A DNA stretch of 64,000 nucleotides from positions 741,530-805,529 of the forward strand of contig CM082586.2 of the NCBI GenBank assembly GCA_040954595.2, written 5' to 3'. Below, one piece after another: positions 29,001 to 41,000 of the stretch (positions within the stretch are counted from its first letter, which is position 1; each line of letters begins with the position of its first letter). Position numbers and translations under genes: made by a program. Source of the stretch: Balanoglossus misakiensis. Its lineage: Eukaryota; Animalia; Hemichordata. A model generated the notes under the pieces. The model ran no database searches and had not been told where the DNA came from. It saw only the letters and a list, made by a program, of their open reading frames with translations.

Positions 29001-30513
29001 TTCTGTTTATAAAAAAAATCACGATGTAAACATAGAGTCCAGATTAACTCATGATGTCTTTAATATATTTTTGCGTCTACAGCTTGGTATGTGGTATGAT
29101 GACTTTTGCTACCGTTTTCTCAGTGCAAACACAAGCAAACGCCACCAAAGAAGAAATAGTGCATCTTTTACGGGACAGTGGAGAGGCAAACACTGGACTG
29201 ACGTTTGTGTGGTAAGAAACATGGATAACTCTGGTCTTTTGACAAATAGAATCCTTTCAGAGTGTGATAATGGTTATTGTAGTGTATTTTCTTTAACTGT
29301 AATCTACATGTGCTTACTTTCAAGGCTGCCAATCCTTTATTCCACGATGGACGCTGGAAGGGTCTTGGCGGTGTTATTTTTTCTGGCGTTGTCGTTCGCT
29401 GGTCTGAGTTCTCTTGTAGCCAATGTGGAACTCATCGCAAAATCATTAGTAGACTTTGGTGGTAAGTACAATAATACTAATACATTTGATGCGATTATAT
29501 GTAAAGTCATCATTTCGTTTGTGTGCGTATTAGTAAAGAGTTGGGTTGGCTAAACTATTTTTTTTCCTTCAACAGTGAACAGGAAAGTTAGCGTTCTTCT
29601 GGTTGTGATATTCGTCTTCGGGTTCGGATCCATATCAGCGCTCGACATGACTTTCCTCATCAATCAGGTAATTTTGATTTCTCCACTTATAAACATCAAC
29701 AAACATCCAGCCAAGATTTACAAAAGTTTACTTTACATCAGTGACAGCCAAGATTAATTTTCTGTTTCCTTTGCCTGCAGGACTTCGTATGGAGCTTTGC
29801 TCTCATGATCTCAGGCGCAATGCTTCAGTACTTGGTTATCCGCTACGGTACAACTCTCTTCCGAGCCAGGTTGATTAATGAATACAGTGAGGACGATTGG
29901 TACCTTCCAAAAATGTGGGAATGGCTTGTGAAGTATGTACAAACGTCTAAATTTATTACATGCTTTTGAAAATAATATTTTAAAAACAATACTATTTGTA
30001 GAGTTTTTGTTGCTATTTATAATTTATATTTCCTGTAAATTACTCGTAGGTTCTTGTTTATTCATTGTGTGTAATGATTTCCGTAGCTGATCATTCACGT
30101 CGATTTTGCAGGTACATAGCACCATTTGAGGCCATCGGTCTTCTTGTATGGTTTTCTGTCAATCAAATCACAACCAACCCTGACGATTGGTACAAGATGG
30201 GTGAAACCACTCTAATGTCGTGTCTAGTACAGGTAGGTTTTCTTTTCTGTCATTTTCATAACACGAAAACCTGAAATATCAACTTCAACCACAAAAAAGA
30301 TTATAACACCGAAATATGCTTTATGAAGGCATTGATGAGGTGATGGGTAATCTTCTTTGTCGACAGTGGCTTGGAGTGATGTTGGTCTTGATTGTCATCA
30401 ACTTGATCTTTGTCTATTGCTACTTACGACGTTCACCCTCTTATCAAGTATCACAATCTCCACCAAAGACAGAACAGCAACGAGAATGTATAAAGAATGA
30501 TCAGTTCAATTGA
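26066..30513 (+). CDS. SLC6/NSS sodium-dependent transporter of the short prokaryote-like type, 12 exons with a duplicated exon 6
   Basis: Exons 26066-26116, 26641-26797, 26919-27102, 27440-27553, 27729-27930, [28233-28395 or 28668-28830], 29083-29211, 29325-29461, 29576-29667, 29781-29932, 30112-30232, 30367-30513. TM1 GCMVGTGNIWRFP; TM2 PMILIEYAIGR; TM3 CYYTVVLGW; GIKFLFTPDW; NTGLTFVWLP; TM8 FFLALSFAGLSS. Confidence 0.92.
28233..28395 (+). CDS. SLC6 mutually exclusive exon 6A (TM6-TM7)
   Basis: tttcag|...|gtaaac, 163 nt, phase 1 to 2; (N)GLGNSKLWIDAASQNAWDTGAGAGLFVAYSAYMTRRHGILKMATGIPLINNVV(S). Confidence 0.88.
28668..28830 (+). CDS. SLC6 mutually exclusive exon 6B (TM6-TM7), absent from the ORF track
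   Basis: ctttcag|...|gtaaaa, 163 nt, phase 1 to 2; (S)ELGNAQLWVDAASQNAWDTGAGLGVFVAYSGYMTARNGIVRFSFVIPICNNIV(S). Confidence 0.88.
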
Positions 30514-30914
30514 TTGCAACATTGGAGGATTGCAAATGGCGTCTTCAGGTTTTCGTCGCTTCTCGGACTTAAACGGTTTCGTGTTTGTTTGTTGGTTGGT
30601 TTGTTGGCATAACTTTGTTCGCCATCTTTGTACAAAGAAAGAAAATTTACGTAGAGCAATAGTGATAACGCACACCCTTATAACATTTACAACTTTTTGA
30701 TTTGGATTACACATATTATTATAAGCGTTGGTGGCACCTATACTTCAAGTTTCAAATCGCATGTAAAACATACTTATTCATGATAACCATAACAAATGTA
30801 GAAACAAAAAGACAAAGCAGTGAATTTATTCTCGTGAAGTTTTATTAGAATTTCCCATGTAATTTCATCAGAAGCATTTCGTATTGTCGTGTGATAGCTG
30901 TGTGTATATCGAAC

Positions 30915-31295
30915 CCACAGAAGTCATTGTCAATGACCTAGTTCCCACTGGTTTCTAAGAAATGATATTCCTGGAGGTATGACGTGCACGTACATTATAG
31001 AACATTGTACTTGTAAGTTGTAGTCAGTTAATGAAATCAATTTAATATATTCAAGAAATACTTTTGAACATAAAAAATAATAACGACATGGCTGCCTGGT
31101 CAACATATCGGATCATATCATATTATAAATTGGTAATAACTGACGTGCACTTGAAAATCTTAGCATAATGTCATCGTACCACGCTTGTATTAGATCGGTG
31201 CAGGCATGTCTGAGTAAAAGACGGACGGACAAACGGACGGACAGAGCGAAGGAACCCAATCCATACATTTTCATTGAAAGGCGTGTACATAAAAC
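30915..31295. mobile_element. Probable degraded non-autonomous interspersed repeat (Helitron/DINE-like layout)
   Basis: GTCATTGTCAATGAC hairpin near one end, ACATGGCTGCC internally and a (GACG/GGAC)n microsatellite near the other end. Called by pattern recognition only. Confidence 0.35.
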
Positions 31296-32035
31296 TTATG
31301 TTATCTACTGGTACGTAAATATCATGGACCAGGACGGATAATGTTGAACACGAAAATGTCCTCTTATTCAAATAGATTCTTCCTTTGGATTTCTAGAAAC
31401 GTCAAATGCGTCTTACATATGTGCTGGTAACCGGATATCCTTAATTAAGAATTAGGAAAGTCAAAAACGTATCAGCCCAAATATTACCAGAAAATGTGGA
31501 CGTACACAAAATTCACCAAATTAAAGGCTGCCGGCAAGAGCAAGCCCAAGTCAAGATATATAGTGCATAGATTTGTTTGAAATAACGACAATAATGATGA
31601 TAATAGAATTCATCAATAGAATTGCACAGACGCCATATACATATCAAGACTTTCTAATATCGAATTTTCTTCACGGTTTGAAATTTGCTCCACAGAAATA
31701 AATAAATTTGCAACAAACTCCCAGTAAATAGTAAATGATGTACATTTGCTAAAATGCAATAAAAGGGTACAGTATTATTTATACTAATCCCGTGATAAAA
31801 ACATCTTTAAGTTTAAATGGATATTCTATAAAATAGTTGACAGTGGTCATACATTTGATTAGTAAATATCCTTATTGACTGCGAACTCTCTCTCTCTCTT
31901 CATCCGATACAGCGAATTCAATGTAATCTTTCTGTCTTTATCAAACTAAGCTATGTCATAAAATAAGTCAGCCTACACAAAAAATGGCAGTTCCAGAATA
32001 TTTTCACTGAAAACCTGCTGAATAAGTTATGCTTA

Positions 32036-35000
32036 CTATGTGATAACGCCTGGTATACTATCAGTTGGGTCTTCTCGTCCAACCAGATAAAAGGTCAAAA
32101 GTTCACCTTTACCTTTGACTTTCACCAATCCTCTTTTCTCGAATTTATATCCAAAGGGTTTGAGAATTTTCATTGCTTCTTCGACAACCTGAAAAATGTG
32201 TAAAAACAAGGTCAGTTTTAATATTTTAGTCACTTTTCCACTGTTCATAGGCAGATGAGTTATGCAGTTGTAACGAACGTAACGGATAACGTATGTCGCT
32301 GGTGGCGCCCCTATGCACAGGTGGGATATCATGACGTAATTCTAGGAATGCCCTTCCATTGTGGCCCTTCACACGTGCACATGAGACCCACGCCCGACTG
32401 GAATCTCAAGAACCAGCAGAGGTAGTCCGGAAACCCTACAAGTACTGTGTTATATCAAGGTTAGTAGCCGGTAATTACTACGCCAGTCTGTACACCATGT
32501 CAGTATTTACTCCCTTACCTGAATGTGGCCAGCTTTTCCCGTACTTTCCATACGGCTCGCAACATTCACCGTGTTTCCCCAGATATCATAATGCGGTTTT
32601 CTTGCCCCGATAACGCCAGCCAGAACAGGTCCGTGGTTTAGCCCTGCAATGTAGAGGTCAGGATGCGCGAATCAAGGAAATGTCAATTCTCACGTAAGGC
32701 GCTTAGTGACTTAATTATTCGCTGCAAAGGACATGAGCAAAGATGTAGGCTTATTGATTAGCACATTCAGCGCAGAATTCTCCACTTTCACTTACCGATT
32801 CTAAGAATGAAATTGTTGAAGGATTGTTGGTTGATTTTGTCCAGAGATTCCCTGAGGGCGAGCGAGAATTCCACCAGATCAGACAAATGAGACCATCGTT
32901 TTCTAATGTCAGATGATTTGAGATGTTCAAAGTCTGTAGACATTCCTGAAGCTGCCATATAGGTACTGGATATTGTCTTGATTTTGGTGATTGTTTTGAA
33001 ACGAGGTTCATTCAGGAGCTGTAATGTAATGTAATATAATATAATATATGAGGGATAGATATAGACTGAGACAGACAGACCGTCTCATACTTCTCCAAAT
33101 GAAATAACCACTTAACACAAAACGCTTGATTTGTACCTACCCCGTCAAAATCAGAAATGACTTCGTTAAGGAACCTCAGACACTCGACGCCCTGATTATT
33201 GATTAAGTCTTCAGTATAGAACTCAGAAAAATTGGGTATGGACGCAAAAATGACGCCAACTTCATCATAAGAATGGCTGTATAACTCCTGCAGGATCAGA
33301 ATCCAAATACAGTAATTATTTTTCAAATTTATTTTAAATGTGAAGAAAGAGTGATCTCAGAAAGAGGGATAATTACCATGGCAACTTAAAACAGTTTTCA
33401 AAGCAAAATAAACAAATGCAGCAGTAAATATACGATTTGAACGTTGGTGACGCTCTAAAGTCTCTTATAGACATACCTCGTCTTTCCTTTTCGTACCCAA
33501 GAAATGCTTTGCGACATGGCCTGGTAATATATTCATTATTAATGCCTCATTTTTTCTTCTCAATTCGTAAACCTCGTCTTTCTGATTCTTAGCCTCGCAT
33601 CGCCATAAAAATAGTAGTCTGGATGTCAATTCAATCTGGTGTATTGGAAAATTATAATTAAGTATTAAACATAAGTAATATTTCAATGTTGTAAAATGAT
33701 GGAAAGGGTGTTAAGTTGTGCGTAGCCACTAATATTCACGTTTGCGGGTGTAAACATTATTGTTAATACCAGAAGAAGTTGATTGACAACTTTGGTGTAC
33801 TCACGTGTCTGTTGTAGTAGAGCAAGGCCAGTGAAATGATTAAAAGTGTGGCTGTGAGTTCGTACTTGGTTGATACATTATCGGTACTGTTAGTAAAGAA
33901 GAGACGGTAATAGTTAATAGTGTTTGTAGGTGCATAATGCTAGTAAGTCAGTGAGTGAGTGAGTCAGTCAGTCAGTCAGTCAGTCAGTCAGTCAGTCACA
34001 CACCTGTCCTTCAGTAAACCATGGCTGGATCATCTTCCATTCATCATCACAAAATGCTTATGTAATAACTGTTCCAATTTCTGTTCTGAACTCATGAAAT
34101 GCAGTCAATCACTCGTTCCATGTTAGACTTAAACGATCTCTAACTTACGTGCTTCCTGCGTATATTTGCTCATCGTATCTGTCATAGAGTTCCGGTAACA
34201 GAACAATATTGATGACGCAATACATGACGGTGATTACAATTTGCATCAGTAATTTGATGGTACTGGTGATCTGTACAAGTACAGTGATACCAACCTGAAA
34301 CAGACCAAAGATAAACAAATGACAGCTAGCCCATACCCTCTCATCAAGTTCATGTGAGGTTAAAATATAGTATACAAATGAATATAGTAGTCATGATTAT
34401 TTAAACAAGCCAGTTGCAGGCGGTGCTTAAATGCAAAGTTTTATTATAAAAATAGGTTTCGCAAAAACTTACCAGAAAGTTTCGCAAAAACTTACCAGAA
34501 CTAGGACGGCGATGAAGTTGAAGTATTGTGCGTAATAACAGCGGTCATCGTACGGATATAATGACGTCAGGTTGGCAGGGTAGTCGGATTGTACATCACA
34601 AGAAAACTGAAACACGAGAAAGGAAGATGGCACAGATAAGAATGAGGGAAACCGCGTTCTTAATATATAATAATATTAATGTAAGATTTTAAGGTGACGT
34701 ATTGCTACAAATAATAGTGGTTCTCTCGGACAGAATAACTTACCATATCGATCATGTCTGTAGCTTCAAGTAAAGCAATCACAACAATAGCCCACAGATT
34801 TCGAGCCCAACGAGTTGTCTCTATCCAGTTTGCGAATCGAACCATCGGTCTGGGGAAAGTATCGGGAAAAATTGTCCCCAGGGAGAGCATTGTCAGCAGA
34901 CCAAGGGAAAACGTACCGACAGAGAATGTAAGGTAGCTTGTTAAAGTCCTGAGAAGTGAACGAATGAAAAGTAGGTTAGGTTAAGAAATCATCACTTAAA

Positions 35001-38000
35001 CAAATATATAAACGACAAATTAATCTAGTCTATTTCACAAGACAAATGATTACCTCGGTAAGATGGTTATCTGAGTGAAGAATGCTAATGATATGATAAC
35101 AAGGGAACAAGCGATGGACACACCACTTTGCCGTTCTTTCTCACAGTTCCACTGTGACTCGACTTCTGGGTCCTTGAAATTAAGAGTGATCGGGTTGGTC
35201 TGCTCAGAAATATTTCTGTCAAAATAACAAAATAAAGATTGCATTATATTACAGGCATACTTTCATAATAATAATCATAATAATTCAGGAACTAGCTGGC
35301 TAAGGGGTTGATGTCATAGTGAATTAAGGACTCCCTAGTTTTTCAATTCATGTTCTGCATTTAACAAGTTTCCAGACTGCATCTCTAGTTTTATTTCTTT
35401 CAACATATGATTTTCCTTTTAGATTTTCATCATTGCATAGGGAATTTTAAGTGTAGCTCTAGGGACAGTTGAGTACATCGTTACAATTGGGCTTCACGTG
35501 TTTTTGTTAATCTGAAAATCACGTAATAATTCTTTTGAATTTTTCCATATCCACTTTTGATTGATCTATTAGTTTCACGTTTTGTGAAGAACTGTTTATA
35601 ATAGAGATAGAGTAAATATCTTGTCATCATGCGCATGCGCTAACTGTATGCCAAATGCATTTCATACCGACGAGTAATTTTGAAATATCTCCCTCTTAGA
35701 AAAATTGAAAGCAAGGATGTTGAATCACTCTCATCGGATTGAATTTTCATTTCAATTATTAAATCCTGAACGTAATACATGTACTGCTTGCGGACATAAG
35801 TGATGTTATCAGACGCCTTGCCTGAAGGCATAACAATATACTTACCATGAAATGCATCTAAGTATTCACCCAATTGGGTTTTCAAATGCATAAAAAGTGT
35901 TGGTAATTTCTTGCAAATTTTGAGTCTCAAACGAAATTTCCATTTCTACAAAACATTTCGGGTACTTACGCGTTATGTTCCCGTTCCACTAGAGCCTCGT
36001 AAATAATTCTGTTCACTTCAGTATGGTTTCCAACTTTCCGGGCGCTTTGTGCTCTGATGGCGAGTGATGTTTTGCTTTCCTTTTCCTTTTCAATCTTCGG
36101 TGGAAGAAATAAATTACAACAATTTGAGAAAAATTCGCGTTAAATTCAAGGAAACATGCACTGCGAGATTTGAAAGACACTTTACGTAAGTTTCCTCGAC
36201 TATTTCAATTCGAAAGTAGAATGTTGCAGTATATTCTGTCCAAACATTTACCTCATCATGTATTCCCTTTTCACTTGCGTTATCATTATCACTGGGTACA
36301 GAGAGGGTTTGTATGACGTCATCCTAAATGCAAATGAAGAAAATGACATTATAAATGGTTTATACGATGTTCAAAAGTTTGAGGAGAATAACAATCCCGA
36401 ATACCAATCGATATTATAGTTTTTTTAGTCGACAAAATATTCCCTTACCGTTCTCGTGAACTTGGGTGGTTTGATCAAGTACGTTTTGATGTTTCTTGCT
36501 TTGATGTAGTCGTTTCTTGTTTCGCCTTCACCTGGTTCTGTTTCGTACGTAGGCGACAGACACTCGTATGTCGTCTGGGAAATGTGAACACGTCTACAAA
36601 GGATTTTTGAGATGAGATTAAAGTTATAAATGATGAAACTTGATCTCGAAAAGGTGTAATTGAATGAGAGACAGATAGCAGTGTTTCTAATTGTTAATTC
36701 ACATGTTTACAAAACCACAAGGGAAACGAGGCACAAAATCTGAACAAATTTAAGAAAGACCAACTAACCCAGGAATGCCACCTGATTCCATATTGTTGGC
36801 TAATGTGACGTCTTTACTCCACACATCAAACTGCCACTGTCTTTGACCCATGACCCCTGCAAGAACAGCACCCGTATGTATTCCAACGCGCATGTCCACC
36901 CCGGATTTTGTTTTCTCACGGACGGCACTGTTAACAAACAAAATATTAAAGTGTTAACATTAACTCCCATTTGTCACTTAAAGCCCCAAGAGCTGCCATC
37001 AGTAAACCGGCCATAAGACTCTTCAACTCTATGAAAGACAAAACCGTAATCCATTTTTGTATTTTAGTTAGCACAACGTGAATATTTTAATAAATACTTC
37101 AACTTACGCAATTGCAATGACCATGTCCAAACCCATCTGTACACTGTTGTCAGCGTTATCTGGGCGGGCTTCGGGAACTCCACAGATACAGTAGTAACAA
37201 TCACCAAGAATTTTAATGCGAAGTTGGTGGTTTTCCTAAAATTGGAGATAAGAGAAATAAAATGCAATAAATTGTGCTAAAATGTAATAGAAAATTCATA
37301 AAAGTGGACGCTAAGGGAATTATCAGTATTCTCACCTCGGCGAGTTTATCAAATGTTGCGAAAAGACCATTTAAGACTTTTACAAGTTCCTGGGCAGTAA
37401 GTTTGGACGACATCGCCGTGAAGCCGACTATATCTGCAAAGAGAATGCTGAAATCCGAAACAGATAATAATATCAGAAAGGAAAGACGAAAACATGCGTT
37501 TCGTGTTTTAATATTAGCGAAGGCATAAACACAGTTAACATTATGATAATTACAGTACCTGACATTTTCGTATCTTTTTATGTAAATCTTATTAAATTGT
37601 CCGTTCTGTATTGACGACCTCCCCACGTCATCTTGTAATTCGATGGCTACGTGCTTCGGCAGGACGGAAAGTAACAGTGTTTCCTGAACGGAAAAATAAA
37701 ACAATTTAATGCAATAGTCTTTTTGGAAGTTGTTCAAGTTATTAGTTATTATAAAGCAATTAAATTGCGGAAGTTACTCCGGAGAGCTATAAATTACAGG
37801 GAAATATAATCTATCCTGTTTGGCAAACATTTTCAGGGAAATATGTGCCATCTAAAGCAGTAATCTTTCTGGGAAACCTCGGTGATCTTAGTGTTATTCC
37901 GGACGACGTTTTGGCTTGCTCTGATGTGCACGTATTGTCTCCCTACCTGTTGTTGCTTTTCTTCCTCAAGGGTGACCTTGACCTCTAAGGAGGCCTTTGT

Positions 38001-41000
38001 ATCTTGGAATGCCCTTCGAAGTTTTCTGTCCGACATGAGATATGACACACATCCAAGAATAATGGCGCAGATATAAAGTAAATAATTTGCAAGTAGCTGA
38101 AAATAGAGAACAAGACAATAAACCTTGTTTTGATGCCATAGGTTTCTGTTGATAAAAAAATTAATGATTGTCACAGATTGACGAAGGGTGACTTGTGTTT
38201 ATTGAATGTACATCTGACGCAGTCGGTAGAAACCATGGTTACATCGCCCTCTACAATCATTTCCATCACATTATCCCAATCACGTGATTTATCTGCAGAC
38301 TACTGTTGCGTTGAATATTTACATTTAATCGAGCATATCCTGTTTCATATCAAGCGAAATATTTTGAAATAAAAGACACTCGGCTGACAAGTTTCGGAGC
38401 CATAGATGCTTTATTCGTTTTCAGATGACCGTTAACGTTCTATGCCTTCATTATCATTCATTTTAATACTTTCATTTTGTGAAATTTCGGAGATTACTGC
38501 CAATTAATTTTACTTTTATAAACGAATTAATGAAAACAGTAAAGTATCTTCTACTCTCGTTGCGAGGGATGACAATTTCCTCTGGAAATCACGTATGAAT
38601 AATGCGACCATTGTCACGGCAACACCTAAACCTACAATGTGCATTCTCAGTGTTGGCTTGACAACCACTAAACAAATTACATAGGAAGCCAGCGAAATTA
38701 CACAGTCATAGAAAACAGAATCGCCTGTTCTTGTCATCACCATTTGCTTAATATCAATGTGAAAGCTACAGGTGGTGAAATCAATGTTTTGTGTCACTTG
38801 CATGAGAAAGTAAAAGAAAAAATAATGACAGGAAAATCTTTTTATCTGGCAAATATTTAATGCAAGGTCACAGTAAATGATTTACAAATGTACATACGAT
38901 TATGGTGACACAGTCACCTGAAGCAATTATGAATAAAATATTTAATCCCAGTTTTTCTAATAAACTTGATAGATGGTAACATTTAAGATTTCATTTGCTC
39001 ATTTTTTATTCTGCCTTGAAACGTACTTTACATTATGACGATATTACATGATGCCTCGGGTCGTAAATGAGTCGGATTTTTCCAGCGATGAAATTATCTG
39101 AAATAAGACGGGCAGTCTTCCAGCATTTTGAGAGGCGTTTCGTTTGATAATGTTGTTTTATTCTTGTGTCACGAATATAATCTCTAAGAGACAGTTATAT
39201 GAAAGTCGACGTCTATCTGAATTAACATAATAATTTGTATTAGCAGAAGTGATAAACGTGTCAATTTCAGATGGAAATAGGCTATGTTAATAAGGGAGTC
39301 TCTTTATTTGCATCCCCATGGGAAAATGTGTATTAGTAACAAAATTTTCAATCATCGTAAATTTAACAAACCTGTAGAAAACTGACCTTCAAATTGTTCT
39401 TTTCCAGAATGCATGATTTGTCAGGTTTGCATTAGTCTGCATTTCTGAATAAATCATTTCAATATCCAATGAAAAGCAACAGTTGAAAGTAGAACAAAGC
39501 ATTCACCAGTTGTATTAAACACCTCATCAATCACCACAAACATGTTGTCACGTGTCCATGGCAACTATCAATGGCCATCACTCATCGGCACCGACTCAGT
39601 TCATTAATTTGGGATGAGCTTTGTGCGCATGTTCGTGAATGTCTAGTATGGAGGTAGAACATACAGTGAACAACGTTTTTAAAAGCGTGTGTCGTGCTGC
39701 GAAATTCCATATTCAGAACAGATAGCTGTCTAGAACATTGTCCAGTTTGAAAGCCAAACTAATTGATGTGGCTGTTTTGGGGTGGTTCTATAGAAGGCAC
39801 TAACTGAAACACATATGAATGTATGTTCTATAAGCTATCACAAAATATCATCAACCTGTTTTCATCGAACAGACCCCGTGAATAAAGAACCGTGTATTCC
39901 CCTTGATTTGTATCGCTCTGCCTGTGGTTGTTATGGCAACCGTGACATCAGATGCGCGATACTGAATTCTAGTATTATTGCAAACAAAACGTATTATCGT
40001 TTACAGAATTGACTGTACCCTAAATACATGAAATATACCAAGCTAATAATACCTTGCAAAATACAGAGTCTCTGACGCAGCAAAAGTGATTCTGGTCACA
40101 ATGTGAACACTTGGCATAGCGTAGTATAGTCAATGCTTGTTTTTCGACAAGAAACCTGTCTTTACTTGAAATTTTATTGTGAGAGTAGATTTGCCTGCTG
40201 TAAACCCATCCTGATCCAGCCAAATCCTGAGACACGCCGCGAAAATTCACCGCGGATGAAAACGAAGGAGTAGAAACGCAGTGCGGATTACTGATATAAC
40301 GCCAGCGTGACGACATACACAAGTGGGCCTTACTTGGGAATAGTGGCGAGGGTCGTGGTTAAGTGCAGCTGGTGCATGTATCATATTAGTTGAGGGGTAT
40401 AGCTCTCCAGATACTTGAGATTCCAAACACACTTAACACGTGATATGGAAGCATATCCAAAGAGGCACAAAATCTAATTTATCTCTCTTAATGGATACAC
40501 AGCCTGACATTTCTGTTCAGATGTTCCGAAAAAGAAGCTAATCGTCTGAGTAGGGTGACATTAGTGGAAACTGAGGCTTTACGCGTCTATAGGGAGCCGC
40601 GGCAGAGAGAATTGCGTGACCTGCCTGGTCATGTTAGCTAAGCTTGTTTGTTAACGAAAAAAGACGGGTCTTGGATTCTTGTTTGATTTTATATGTACTG
40701 ACGTGGATATCCGTGGTTTGAAAATAATTATTTTGTGGTACAATTGAACGGGGTTTGGATTAGTTTTGTTAATTATTATAACGTTTTATTAAGCTAGGAA
40801 TACTCTCACAGTGCCAGGCAGATATTTTTTGTCAAACTGTCCATTTGGCTTTGTCCAAGGAATTGTTTAATAGAATATGACATTATCAGGAATTCTATTA
40901 TCTGTTACATTAAGTTCTTGTTTGACATCTGAGCGATGGTGGAATCTTGAAGTTCTCCGTGAATTATGACATAATACCACTAAAAATAACACTGAATAAG

